Assembly (NCBI GenBank): GCA_965230955.1
Contig: OZ246404.1
Coordinates: forward strand, 856,790-920,789
DNA from: an uncultured Candidatus Saccharibacteria bacterium
Lineage (GTDB): Bacteria; Patescibacteriota; CALEFQ01
DNA: 64,000 nt
Direction of reading: 5' to 3'
Below the pieces are notes generated by a model that saw only the letters and a program-made list of their open reading frames with translations, did not search any database and was not told the DNA's origin. Position numbers and translations under genes: made by a program. Positions 29,857-39,124 of this stretch are shown in pieces. Position 1 is the stretch's first letter; each line of letters begins with the position of its first letter.

Positions 29857-30117
29857 TTAAGCTTTGAATTTCCTAATCTTCGATATTAGTCCTAGCTTCT
29901 CCGACCGCGATAGTTTTTTAATCCTGGTTTCGGCTCTCGCCGCCGTTGATCGACAACGAAATTTTTTAAACCAAGACAGACGTACCGGCCGACGGGCAGC
30001 GGTATATTTGGCGCCGCGCGGAGATGAATTATGCTCCTGCAGGCGGCGAAGTACGTCGGTAGTGATCCCGGTATAGAGCGTACCGTCAGCGCATTTTACT
30101 ATATAGAGAGTGTACAT
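29857..30117 (-). CDS. GIY-YIG nuclease (UPF0213/YhbQ-like)
   Basis: LYIVKCADGTLYTGIT..RRLQEHN..GAKYT. Confidence 0.9.
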   Translation of the reverse strand: MYTLYIVKCADGTLYTGITTDVLRRLQEHNSSPRGAKYTAARRPVRLSWFKKFRCRSTAARAETRIKKLSRSEKLGLISKIRKFKA

Positions 30118-30207
30118 AACTGCAATTTAGCCGAATGTGATTAGCAGGTAGATTATAGCAAAAAACCACCTAATTTGGCTAGTTTATCACTAAAATGGTG
30201 CTAGGGG

Positions 30208-30235
30208 TTGCTTTTTCTGGGCAATGCTGTATAAT
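30208..30235 (+). promoter_or_regulatory. sigma70 promoter for the cold-shock gene
   Basis: TTGCTT-N16-TATAAT about 95 nt upstream of the ATG, consistent with a long csp 5' UTR. Confidence 0.6.
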
Positions 30236-30330
30236 GAACAAGTAATTAAGTTATCGTTAGAAAAAGAAGTCGATTTTCTCAACATACTTAATAGAGTATT
30301 TCTACCAATTAATTAGCTCAAACCAAGTCT

Positions 30331-30528
30331 ATGACTGGAACTATCAAAAAGCTCACAGACAAGGGCTTCGGATTCATCGCTGTCGAAGGTCAAGAAAAAG
30401 ACCTTTTCTTCCACAGCAAATCTTTGGTCGGCGTGCAATATGCCGAACTCAAAGAGGGTGATACCGTTTCCTTCGAAACTGAGACTACCCCAAAAGGACC
30501 GGCCGCTATCAACGTACAGCGCGCCTAG
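30331..30528 (+). CDS. csp: cold-shock protein
   Basis: KGFGFI, DLFFH, KGPAA. Confidence 0.95.
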   Translation: MTGTIKKLTDKGFGFIAVEGQEKDLFFHSKSLVGVQYAELKEGDTVSFETETTPKGPAAINVQRA

Positions 30529-30542
30529 TTCTCTCAAATACG

Positions 30543-30577
30543 AAAAACTGCCCGCCGATTCGGCGAGGCAGTTTTTT
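30543..30577 (+). terminator. intrinsic terminator
   Basis: aaaactgcc-cgccgattcggcga-ggcagtttttt. Confidence 0.75.
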
Positions 30578-30796
30578 GTATAGCGCTTGTTCAGAGAAAT
30601 TAATTTCAGTTGGGAAAATTCAAATCCCAATTCACATTCCACGGGCCGGTATCGCCCAGAATAGTGACGTCGGTTACCCCGACCAGGATGGGAAAAAATA
30701 GTTTTCTCATGTTTTGTTTTAATTTTGGCTAACTAATTGATTTGTTAACACCTTTGTTACGACAATGAAAAAACATTCGAAGACATAGGGATCACT

Positions 30797-31015
30797 TCAT
30801 TTATAGCCCTGCCTTATAATTATCGATCTGCTGTATTTGGCAAATAGAAACTTGGCTGTCAAATCAACCCGGAGCATTTCCTCCCAATCAGCCAATTTGC
30901 AATCGACAATATCACCAAGGATACTAATCCAGGCGTTATCGATAAGCACGTCCAGACCACCGAATTTCTCAACGGCTTGAGCTACCTCTTGTCCGAAATC
31001 CACCTTGATTAGCAT
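30797..31015 (-). pseudogene. internal fragment of the SDR gene at 32825-33547
   Basis: High nucleotide similarity to about 33185-33385 with a short deletion; no Rossmann start or catalytic end. Confidence 0.8.
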
Positions 31016-31066
31016 TTAGAACCAACAGCGTGAGAACACCCGTTGTTTTGTGTTTTGCCTCACGAG

Positions 31067-31975
31067 TTAGTCGATCTGGTGGTCAACAAGCATCCCGGAT
31101 TTTCCTGATTTTTCTTTTTTTATGAAAAGCAGTAAGCGATCTACCGCAATAATACCAGGCAATAGCATCGTCAGACCGCCAATCAAGAAGATCCCTCCCA
31201 GATCAGCGGAAGCGTATTCCAAATATCGAGAAAAATACATGATCAAAGGAACCAGTCCTATAATCAGCAAGGTCGGCCCGATACTTTTAGCCTTTAGTTT
31301 TTTCTCTATATATTTATAAACAAACAGCAGGATCGTATAAATGACGATATAACCGAGATAATTATTATACGGAATCGAATAATAGTCGGAAGTATTGGTC
31401 CATTGCCATAAATGGAATACGTTTACCTGAACCGGATCAGCCAGCATGTCAATCCCGACCACGATAAAGCTCGAAATGACAGAAACGAACAAGGATCGTT
31501 TCCACCAACTCTGGACACGTGAAAAAACAGAACTGTCAATGATCAGATTCGCGATAAAATACGACATGAAGAAATAATAAGCATAATGCTGAAATCCGAG
31601 GAAGAGAGGCGTTCCGCCAATCACCGGGCCGGGAAAATTTGCTTGGTCGTAGGAATAGGTCCCGCCAAAAATGCCCAGATGCCCGCTTAAAAATTCCAGC
31701 AACCAGGTTAACCAGAAAATCGCGATGAAGCCTATCAGGGCGGTTTTTAACCCCCGAAAATACCAGAAGCAAAAGAAGGCCGCGACAGATGCCGTGATTA
31801 TTTTCAGGCCATCGGAATATGGAATAACCGGCAGGCTAATGCCTAGCGCCGGGAAGATATTAACGCTAAGTAAAATATAGACAAAAAATATGATGGACGC
31901 GAGGGAAATAGCCAAGACAACTTTTTCTTGGAGAGAGCGTTCAACTCTCGATGATGCTTTTGTGGAAATTGGCAT
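31067..31975 (-). CDS. polytopic membrane protein, carotenoid biosynthesis/DUF422 (CruF-like)
   Basis: E.L....GIFGGTYSY, GTPL, DMLADP, W.W...YYSIPYNNYLG pattern. Confidence 0.7.
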   Translation of the reverse strand: MPISTKASSRVERSLQEKVVLAISLASIIFFVYILLSVNIFPALGISLPVIPYSDGLKIITASVAAFFCFWYFRGLKTALIGFIAIFWLTWLLEFLSGHLGIFGGTYSYDQANFPGPVIGGTPLFLGFQHYAYYFFMSYFIANLIIDSSVFSRVQSWWKRSLFVSVISSFIVVGIDMLADPVQVNVFHLWQWTNTSDYYSIPYNNYLGYIVIYTILLFVYKYIEKKLKAKSIGPTLLIIGLVPLIMYFSRYLEYASADLGGIFLIGGLTMLLPGIIAVDRLLLFIKKEKSGKSGMLVDHQID

Positions 31976-32117
31976 ATTTTTAATTTCGTTATCTTGCCTT
32001 ATTTTATCATTTTTGCCTTTCAACGGTCAAAAACAAAAGCAGAGCTTCGGCTACGCTGAATCTCTGCTGGAGTTTACAGGCAATAGCCTGGAACCGATAG
32101 GTTCTAGGCGAAGGCCC

Positions 32118-32356
32118 GGCTCCCCGGGCTGGACTTTCCCATTCACCCCTTCGGGGCTTCGGGAGGCAGGCCGAACCTTTTTCCACGCTCACGAGGATGA
32201 TTGGTTCATCGTGGCATTTATCAAGATTCCCCTGGGACTTTTGCGGCTGCCCGACAGAGGGGTAAACCTATGTGAGTATTACCCTGTTTTCTGTTTCTGA
32301 TTCTAGGGTAGCAAGTTCCCACATCCCTGCAATGTATTTTTTGTCCAGATGGGCAA
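32118..32356. repeat. junction J5 (outermost att): 18-bp tRNA-Asn 3' copy plus conserved arm
   Basis: ggctccccgggctggact identical to 50398-50415; the rest is nearly identical to J4 and J3. Confidence 0.9.
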
Positions 32357-32380
32357 TTTTCTAGGCTCATATCAAATAGA

Positions 32381-32716
32381 CTATCCCTTATTCTGTTTTT
32401 TCCAAACTCGATTATTGTTGATTTCTTGTTTATCCCGAAAAGCTTTTTCCAGATCCACCCCAAATTTATTGGCAATGGCACAAAGAAAAATCAACACATC
32501 TGCCAGTTCATCCTTGATAGATCCGGTTTTGGAATCATGAGCTATTTGTTGATTTTCGCTCTTGCGTATCGCCTTGAATAATTCTCCAACTTCCTCGCCC
32601 ATCATAAGGCAATAATGAAAAGTGTCCGTTGAAAACCCACGGTCCTTTTCTACGTCGAGGATATACTTTTGCAAATCTTTTAATCGCGGATTACTTTTTA
32701 GAATAGGCTTAGTCAT
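32381..32716 (-). CDS. MazG-like NTP pyrophosphohydrolase
   Basis: EEVGELFKAIRK, DELADVLIFL, KQEIN. Confidence 0.88.
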   Translation of the reverse strand: MTKPILKSNPRLKDLQKYILDVEKDRGFSTDTFHYCLMMGEEVGELFKAIRKSENQQIAHDSKTGSIKDELADVLIFLCAIANKFGVDLEKAFRDKQEINNNRVWKKQNKG

Positions 32717-32824
32717 ATTTTTAATATAGTTTACTATTGATTAGTTTTATCTTCTTTCTCGCCCCGATCACAGAATAGTATTTTCTAGCTTGAAATTGAG
32801 TAATTTTGTCCTGATGAACAAAAA

Positions 32825-33547
32825 CTAGAGTTTCACCCGCGGATCAATCGTCGTCTCCCCTGTTTTCTTCCCGTCGTTCAAAATGCCGACTATCGTTTCT
32901 GCAACTTCTTCCGCCGTGCCAAGTTTTCCTTTTTTGATTATCTGCTTTTGCTCTTCGGGAGTGAATACATCACGAAAGCGGTCGGTGTCGGTCACCGTGG
33001 GGATTACGGTATTTACTCGAATTCCACTATCTTGGAGTTCACGAGAGAGGCCAATGCTAAGAATATTAGTCCCGGCATTAACCGCGCCATAGGGCACAGA
33101 ACTTGGATCGACATATTCAGCCATCCCTAAGCGAGAAGAAATATTGATGATATTTCCGTCAGCCGACTTTTTCAGGTGCGGGATGCTGTATTTGGCAAAT
33201 AGAAACTTGGCCGTCAGATCTACTCGGAGCATTTCTTCCCAATCAGCTAGTTTGTAATCGACGATATCGCCGAGGATATTGATCCCGGCATTATTGATAA
33301 GCACGTCCAGACCGCCAAATTTCTCAACAGCTTGCACCACCGCTTGCTTTGCCGTTTCTTCTTGTCCGACATCCCCCTTGATCATCAAAATATTCGGACA
33401 TTCTTTGAGTAAGCTCGTGGCCATGTCATCGCGAGATTTATACACACCGACGACATTGCAGCCGAGATTATAAAGCTTATTTGCTGCTGCACGGCCAATA
33501 CCACGACTGGCACCAGTGATTAAGATTATTTTATTCTTGAAATCCAT
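32825..33547 (-). CDS. SDR family oxidoreductase with atypical YxxxN
   Basis: TGASRGIG, NNAG, NISS, YGAVN. Confidence 0.88.
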   Translation of the reverse strand: MDFKNKIILITGASRGIGRAAANKLYNLGCNVVGVYKSRDDMATSLLKECPNILMIKGDVGQEETAKQAVVQAVEKFGGLDVLINNAGINILGDIVDYKLADWEEMLRVDLTAKFLFAKYSIPHLKKSADGNIINISSRLGMAEYVDPSSVPYGAVNAGTNILSIGLSRELQDSGIRVNTVIPTVTDTDRFRDVFTPEEQKQIIKKGKLGTAEEVAETIVGILNDGKKTGETTIDPRVKL

Positions 33548-33555
33548 ATAAGTGA

Positions 33556-34326
33556 TTATTTTGCAAATAAATAAGAGGTTGCCTTCGGTTCAAACCCCAT
33601 CTTCTTCAAAGCTTTATACGAGCCAGCGGATTTATCAACCAGGGAATAAAACTCGTTCACCCCCGAGTCGATCGCCACATTACAGCGATGCTTGACCATG
33701 TTGAGATAATGTCCCTGATGGCGATACTTGGGCAGAGTGCCGGCATTGTGGAGATACGTCAAATTCAACTTTGGTGACATCACGATCGAGCCAAAGGCGA
33801 CAAACTCGTGATCGACGGACAGCAGATAGGATTTGTAGAGCGTATCTCGTCCCGAACCATGTTCCAGATCAAAGAAGTATTGAGAATACTCTTTCTCCGA
33901 TTTCCATTCCGGGAAGCATTTAACCGCAATATCGAGATATTCTGCCAGATTTTCTTTGGTCACAGGCACCAGGTCACCGGTCACATCACCAAATTTCTCT
34001 GATATCTCCTGATACATATAAACTTCCGAACCCAATTGCTTATATCCCCGCCGAATCAACTCGGGTTGATATCCGGACATAAGATCCTCGGGAATACAAA
34101 AAGCAATTTCTCGATTCCCCGCCTCGGCTGCACTAATAATCTTCGCAGCCGAATCCCAGGAAAAATCCGCAGGTGAAACAATCGGCACAATGTAGTTATA
34201 CCAGACATCCTTGAACTTCGATTTAACAAACCAAAAAGTTTCGGATTCAATCGCTTCCGGATAAATGCTGCCCTGCAAGAGTTTTAGATTTCGCAGGAAA
34301 AGCGGATTGTCTTTGGCTATATTCAT
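33556..34326 (-). CDS. GNAT family acetyltransferase
   Basis: HNAGTLPKYRHQG acetyl-CoA motif, YKALKKMGF; start placed by comparison with the paralog. Confidence 0.8.
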   Translation of the reverse strand: MNIAKDNPLFLRNLKLLQGSIYPEAIESETFWFVKSKFKDVWYNYIVPIVSPADFSWDSAAKIISAAEAGNREIAFCIPEDLMSGYQPELIRRGYKQLGSEVYMYQEISEKFGDVTGDLVPVTKENLAEYLDIAVKCFPEWKSEKEYSQYFFDLEHGSGRDTLYKSYLLSVDHEFVAFGSIVMSPKLNLTYLHNAGTLPKYRHQGHYLNMVKHRCNVAIDSGVNEFYSLVDKSAGSYKALKKMGFEPKATSYLFAK

Positions 34327-34350
34327 AATAATGGTTTGCAAGTCCTTCAA

Positions 34351-34974
34351 TTACTCGGCGTCGACATCGATTATTTCCGTCTTTCCATCCAGCACATGAA
34401 TATACTGACTGTCGCTCAGGAGAACCAGCGGAGACAAACGCTTTTCGTAGGCAATTTTCATCCTCCCGCCCAAGTATTTCTGTTTGAAATCATCCGATCC
34501 CCAATGCGGGGCAATCGTGAAATTGACTAGCCCAAAAGCAGTCAGATCATCCGACTTCATGTCGGGTGAATCTTCCGTAAGATACGCCGGGATCTTTGGC
34601 CCGGCGATGATTGACCCGGCGCTGGTGCCAATATAGATCTTGTCCTTTACCAGTTTCCGCACCAAGTAAACAAACCCGGACCGTCGTGCTTGTTGCAAAA
34701 GATAAGATGTGTCACCTCCTGACATATAGATATAGTCGAATGCCGCCAGGTCCTTTTTTAACTGTGTTTCTGCTTTACCAGTCAGTGTATAGTCAGTAAC
34801 TAAAAAACCCGCATTTACCAACGCTTGCCGATCATTTTTCAGCCAAGTTTTGTCTCCCATCTTAGGCTCTGCCGCCGTATCAATAAAAACAAGCTCCTTG
34901 GCTTTGCCCAAATTTACTTTTTGGGCAATATCATGCGCCACCGCGTGGACGCTTGAGGTTAGAAATAGTTCCAT
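34351..34974 (-). CDS. peptidase E (S51) family protein
   Basis: YMSGGDT, GTSAGS (Ser), IAPHW (His). Confidence 0.88.
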   Translation of the reverse strand: MELFLTSSVHAVAHDIAQKVNLGKAKELVFIDTAAEPKMGDKTWLKNDRQALVNAGFLVTDYTLTGKAETQLKKDLAAFDYIYMSGGDTSYLLQQARRSGFVYLVRKLVKDKIYIGTSAGSIIAGPKIPAYLTEDSPDMKSDDLTAFGLVNFTIAPHWGSDDFKQKYLGGRMKIAYEKRLSPLVLLSDSQYIHVLDGKTEIIDVDAE

Positions 34975-35017
34975 TTATTTATACCTAGATTATAAGGTTT
35001 TTCTGAGTGAGTAAATG

Positions 35018-35345
35018 TATGATAACACAGCCGAATTAGACCGGAAAGGACATCGACCGGGCAAGCTGGACTCGAACCCTCCATTTTTAGCTAGATATAA
35101 ACAAAAAACAGAGGCATCAACCTCTGTTTTCTCATATGGCTCCACAAGATGGACATCATCCGAACCTTTTTCCATCAGCACGAGGATGATTGGCTCATCG
35201 TGGCATTTATCAAGATTCCCCTGGGACTTTTGCGGCTGCCCGACAGAGGGGTAAACCTATGTGAGTATTACCCTGTTTTCTGTTTCTGATTCTAGAGTAG
35301 CAAGTCTCCAAAACCTGGCAATGCATTTTTTGTCCAGATGGGCAA
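35018..35345. repeat. junction J4
   Basis: tatgataacacagcc..gctggactcgaacc, hairpin near 35105-35130, TGGCTCC at 35137, about 210-bp arm shared with J3 and J5. Confidence 0.9.
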
Positions 35346-35371
35346 AAAACCTGGAGCAAAACAGATTTGCT

Positions 35372-35791
35372 TTAAACTAACTGCGATTTGTCTCCGGTTG
35401 AAAAGTAACTCGCAACATTTATTGCCTTTGAAAATCTATCCTCCTTAGGAAGACCATGAAAATCATTAGCAAACTGGTCCAGTAGATAAACAAGTGGTAT
35501 TGGCTTCAACAATGCTCCGACCGGCACATACATACCCTCACCTGCCCACTGACCAGCGCCGCTTTCTATTAGATAATTATATATGTTTTTGATTTCCGCT
35601 TCTCCGGCATTATATTTTCGAAGTATTTCCGCATGCTCACTCTTAACCATCTCTATCAATTCATTTAAAGCATCTTCACGCGGGCTTGTTTTATTACCAA
35701 GGTCATATACCGTTAGAGGTTGTTGAGAACCAAGTATGGATGAAATTCTTTTAATTTTCCCTAGCCTAATCGTGCTTGAAAAAAAGCCCAT
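35372..35791 (-). CDS. hypothetical protein
   Basis: 139-aa ORF co-oriented with the other cargo. Confidence 0.7.
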   Translation of the reverse strand: MGFFSSTIRLGKIKRISSILGSQQPLTVYDLGNKTSPREDALNELIEMVKSEHAEILRKYNAGEAEIKNIYNYLIESGAGQWAGEGMYVPVGALLKPIPLVYLLDQFANDFHGLPKEDRFSKAINVASYFSTGDKSQLV

Positions 35792-35817
35792 ATATTCAAA
35801 ATTAATTGAAATAAAAC

Positions 35818-36558
35818 CTAATCTTTTCCACCATCTACCACCAGCACACTCCCGGTGATGTAGCTAGCTTCGTCGCTAGCCAAGAACAGAATCGCCTGGG
35901 CGATTTCTTCTGGTTTGGCAAATCTCTTGAGGTAGATCTTACTCGCCTCGTCTTGGACAAATTCACTAGGCAGATCTTTATTCATTTTAGTATCTACCCA
36001 CCCCGGAGCAACGGCATTCACGTTTATTTTCGGCGCGAGCGCCTTAGCGAAATCTTTGGTCAGAGTTATCACACCTGCCTTGGAAGCATCGTAATCAATG
36101 GCGTCCGGACTAAAGCTATTAATAGCGTTGGTGGAAGATATATTGACTATTCGCCCCTTCCCCTTTTTCAACATCCTCTCGGCGACATACTTACTACAGA
36201 GAAAGTTCCCCAGCAAATTAACATCAAGCGTTCTCTGCCATTGATCCATCGTCCTTTCAAACAAGGGCACATCATAGACAATGCCGGCGTTGTTCACTAA
36301 AACATCAATTCCGCCAAATTTCCCCATGGTCTCTGTGACCATTTTTTTGACTTCGTTTTCTTTGGAAACATCGCATTTGATAGCAATCGCCTGAACTCCA
36401 AGTTTTTTTGCCTCATCAGCAACGACCAGAGCCTCTTTTTCAGGAGAAATATAATTGATCACCACATTTGCACCTTCTTTGGCAAATAATAAAGCCGTAG
36501 CTTTTCCTATTCCGCTGCTTGATCCGGTGATTATGGCGGTTTTGTTTTTTAATTTCAT
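35818..36558 (-). CDS. SDR oxidoreductase (FabG-like)
   Basis: TGSSSGIG, NNAG, YDASK, NAVAPG. Confidence 0.92.
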   Translation of the reverse strand: MKLKNKTAIITGSSSGIGKATALLFAKEGANVVINYISPEKEALVVADEAKKLGVQAIAIKCDVSKENEVKKMVTETMGKFGGIDVLVNNAGIVYDVPLFERTMDQWQRTLDVNLLGNFLCSKYVAERMLKKGKGRIVNISSTNAINSFSPDAIDYDASKAGVITLTKDFAKALAPKINVNAVAPGWVDTKMNKDLPSEFVQDEASKIYLKRFAKPEEIAQAILFLASDEASYITGSVLVVDGGKD

Positions 36559-36599
36559 AAATTGTTTAGTTATATATGCTTGAATGATGTTTTACTAGT

Positions 36600-37373
36600 C
36601 TATTTCCGTGCAAATAAATAAGACGTCGCCTTCGGTTCAAACCCAATCTTCTGCAAAGCTTTATACGAGCCCGCGGATTTGTCAACCAGGGAATAACACT
36701 CGTTCACCCCCGAGTCGATCGCGACATTACAGCGATGCTTGACCATGTTGAGATAATGTCCCTGATGGCGATACTCAGCCACCGTGCCGGCATTGTGGAG
36801 ATACGCCAGATTTAGCTTTGGCGACATCACTATCGAGCCAAAGGCGACAAACTTGTGATCGACGGACAGCAAATATGATTTGTAGAGCGGATCCCGGCCC
36901 GAACCCTGCTCCAGATCAAAGAAGTATTGAGAATACTCTTTCTCCGATTTCCATTCCGGGAAGCATTTAACCGCAATATCGAGATATTCTGCCAGATTTT
37001 CTTTGGTCACAGACACCAGGTCACCTGCCACATCACCAAATTTCTCTTCTATCTTCTGATACATATAGACTTCCGAACCAAATTGTTTATATCTTCGCCG
37101 GATCAACTCGGGTTGATATCCGGACATAAGATCTTCGGGAATATAAAAAGCAATTTCTCGATTCTCCGACGGGGCTGCACCAATAATCTTCGCAGCCGCA
37201 TCCCAGGAAAAATCCGCAGGTAAAACAATCGGCACAATGTAGTTATACCAGATATCCTTGAATTTAGACTTGACGAACCAAAAAGTCTCGGATTCAGTAG
37301 CTTCCGGATAAATGCTACTCTGCAGCAACTTCAAATTTCGCAGGAAAAGTGGATTGTCCTTGGCGATATCCAT
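36600..37373 (-). CDS. GNAT acetyltransferase, close paralog of 33556-34326
   Basis: Protein and DNA nearly identical to the other copy. Confidence 0.8.
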   Translation of the reverse strand: MDIAKDNPLFLRNLKLLQSSIYPEATESETFWFVKSKFKDIWYNYIVPIVLPADFSWDAAAKIIGAAPSENREIAFYIPEDLMSGYQPELIRRRYKQFGSEVYMYQKIEEKFGDVAGDLVSVTKENLAEYLDIAVKCFPEWKSEKEYSQYFFDLEQGSGRDPLYKSYLLSVDHKFVAFGSIVMSPKLNLAYLHNAGTVAEYRHQGHYLNMVKHRCNVAIDSGVNECYSLVDKSAGSYKALQKIGFEPKATSYLFARK

Positions 37374-37406
37374 AATGGATTCAATTATCGAGATTTCTCA
37401 TCGAAA

Positions 37407-37925
37407 TTAACCTTTTTGAGCATCTGCTTTGTCTTCTATAGATTTTTCAACTTTGGGAATAGCCTCACTCAGAAATCGATAAAAACTTTTTGCGCGCTTT
37501 CTCCAGTAAGAATCATCCGGGCTAAATTTATCTCCAGGGGTGACAGTTAACCTTGTATACAAGCAGTCTTCCCGCATTTCTGGGATGCGACTCTGTGCCC
37601 ACGAAAAATTTTCATCTGTTGGAGTAAAATTGTAGCATGTGGCAGATAAGCTCATTACAGTATTGCATTTTGCCTCATGACTAAGCAGCAGTCTAATCTC
37701 ATCATCCCAAATATCTTCACCTGCAAGCAATGTAGCCTTCGCCAATTCTTCTAGCCCTACAATCAACAATGCCTGGGCTTCAGAAAATAAACCTTCTTTC
37801 ATCAACAAACTAGCTGCTGATTGTTTTTTCTTAGCATTGTCGATTGCCGCTTTAGCTAGTTTGTGCCAATTTTCAGTGACGAATTCTTTATCGATCCTTG
37901 GCTTTCTATTTTTTGATTTATTCAT
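37407..37925 (-). CDS. AbiV-family (HEPN-like) abortive infection protein
   Basis: NA....A.LL, LEELAKA, SHEAK, REDCLY motifs. Confidence 0.72.
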   Translation of the reverse strand: MNKSKNRKPRIDKEFVTENWHKLAKAAIDNAKKKQSAASLLMKEGLFSEAQALLIVGLEELAKATLLAGEDIWDDEIRLLLSHEAKCNTVMSLSATCYNFTPTDENFSWAQSRIPEMREDCLYTRLTVTPGDKFSPDDSYWRKRAKSFYRFLSEAIPKVEKSIEDKADAQKG

Positions 37926-38515
37926 TTTTTTATAACTTTAAACATTTTCCCATGTCCCGGCACCACATAATCAGCTACTTTTAGTATCTTGCTCCGACTT
38001 TGCCGAAGCTGTTTTTCGTTTTTGACATAGGGATCTCTTTTGGCCAACAAGCTTGCCCGATCTGTTTTTTGAACTTCATTATCTGTCCAAAAAAAGACAT
38101 CCGAAGCAATCGCCACTTTTCCATAGTCTTTGGTGTCCACCAATAATGTCCCCTGGAAAATATCATGCCCAGGGGTTTTGATTATCTTAATTCCCGTTCC
38201 CGGTATTTTCCCGTCATGATCTTCGATTCGTCCATCCCAAGAATAGATTGAACTATCATCAACAACCTTGGCCGATTCAAAGATACCAGTGAGCAACGCA
38301 TGGTCGGAATGCATGTGAGTTAGAAAAACAAAGTCAATATCAGACAATGACAAGTCAGCGCGTTTTAAGGACGCCAATAGCTTATTCCGATTCATCCCGG
38401 GATCAACCACAATGTTTAGTCCCTTGTCTTGAATCAACGTCGTAGTCGAGGAAGCATATTCACCCCCCTTTTCTTCTCGGGCATAGCCGGGAATAAGGAT
38501 TTTTAGTTTGGCCAT
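37922..38515 (-). CDS. MBL-fold metallo-hydrolase
   Basis: VDPG, THMHSDH, TPGH, VPGHG. Confidence 0.9.
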   Translation of the reverse strand: MAKLKILIPGYAREEKGGEYASSTTTLIQDKGLNIVVDPGMNRNKLLASLKRADLSLSDIDFVFLTHMHSDHALLTGIFESAKVVDDSSIYSWDGRIEDHDGKIPGTGIKIIKTPGHDIFQGTLLVDTKDYGKVAIASDVFFWTDNEVQKTDRASLLAKRDPYVKNEKQLRQSRSKILKVADYVVPGHGKMFKVIKK

Positions 38516-38534
38516 AAATTTAATCTTAATTTTT

Positions 38535-39101
38535 TTACAGGGTCAAATCTCCCTTTAGGGTATATTCGCCGATTCTCCGGACTTCTTCCAATACTCTGGC
38601 TTTCGCCACTTCGTCTTTCCACCAATTGTCTTTTCGGATATTTCGTTCATCAAGCACCGGATAAAAACAAAACTCAATATGCTTGGGGAAATAATTCTGC
38701 GCAGTCATCAGGACTCGGCGGGCATGAAATGCTTTGCAGACAAACAAAATAGTCTTTGTTTTTTCGAGCCCGATAGTTTTATCAATGACCGGGAGAGAAA
38801 ATTGAATGTTTTCTTTGGTATTCGTCGATTCTCGCTCCAATATGAAGGCTTCTCTGGGGATGCCTAGCTCGACTCCTCTTTCGAAAAAACGATCAGCTTC
38901 TATTGCTTTTAATTTCCCTTTGCTGTGCCCGGTAATCAAAATCCTACGTGAATATCCCTGGTCATACAACTTCTTAACTTCGTCCATGGTCGATAAATAG
39001 CTATGACCGAAAACAAACATCAGATCGGATTTCTTGAGATTTGCAGGCAAAAACAAGAAGTCGGAAATCGCTTGGGTTGTCGATATAATATTGGGAATCA
39101 T
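38535..39101 (-). CDS. YdcF/DUF218 family protein
   Basis: ILITG, EAD, LERESTNTKENI, FHARR; likely start MIPN. Confidence 0.88.
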   Translation of the reverse strand: MIPNIISTTQAISDFLFLPANLKKSDLMFVFGHSYLSTMDEVKKLYDQGYSRRILITGHSKGKLKAIEADRFFERGVELGIPREAFILERESTNTKENIQFSLPVIDKTIGLEKTKTILFVCKAFHARRVLMTAQNYFPKHIEFCFYPVLDERNIRKDNWWKDEVAKARVLEEVRRIGEYTLKGDLTL

Positions 39102-39124
39102 GAAATGATATGAAACAGTAATCT

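Noticed and set aside
32030-32117. Riboswitch (for example fluoride) upstream of the DUF422-like gene
   Set aside because: Hairpins are present, but I could not match an aptamer consensus. A former tRNA trailer and terminator explains them more simply.
32221-32481. Minus-strand ORFs 32221-32481 and 39381-39587 as a repeated gene
   Set aside because: They are antisense shadows of the junction. The synonymous substitution pattern supports the + frame.
33556-37373. Diversity-generating retroelement TR/VR pair (GNAT duplicates plus Avd-like four-helix gene)
   Set aside because: No reverse transcriptase in the window. Differences are spread over the whole gene and are not adenine-specific.
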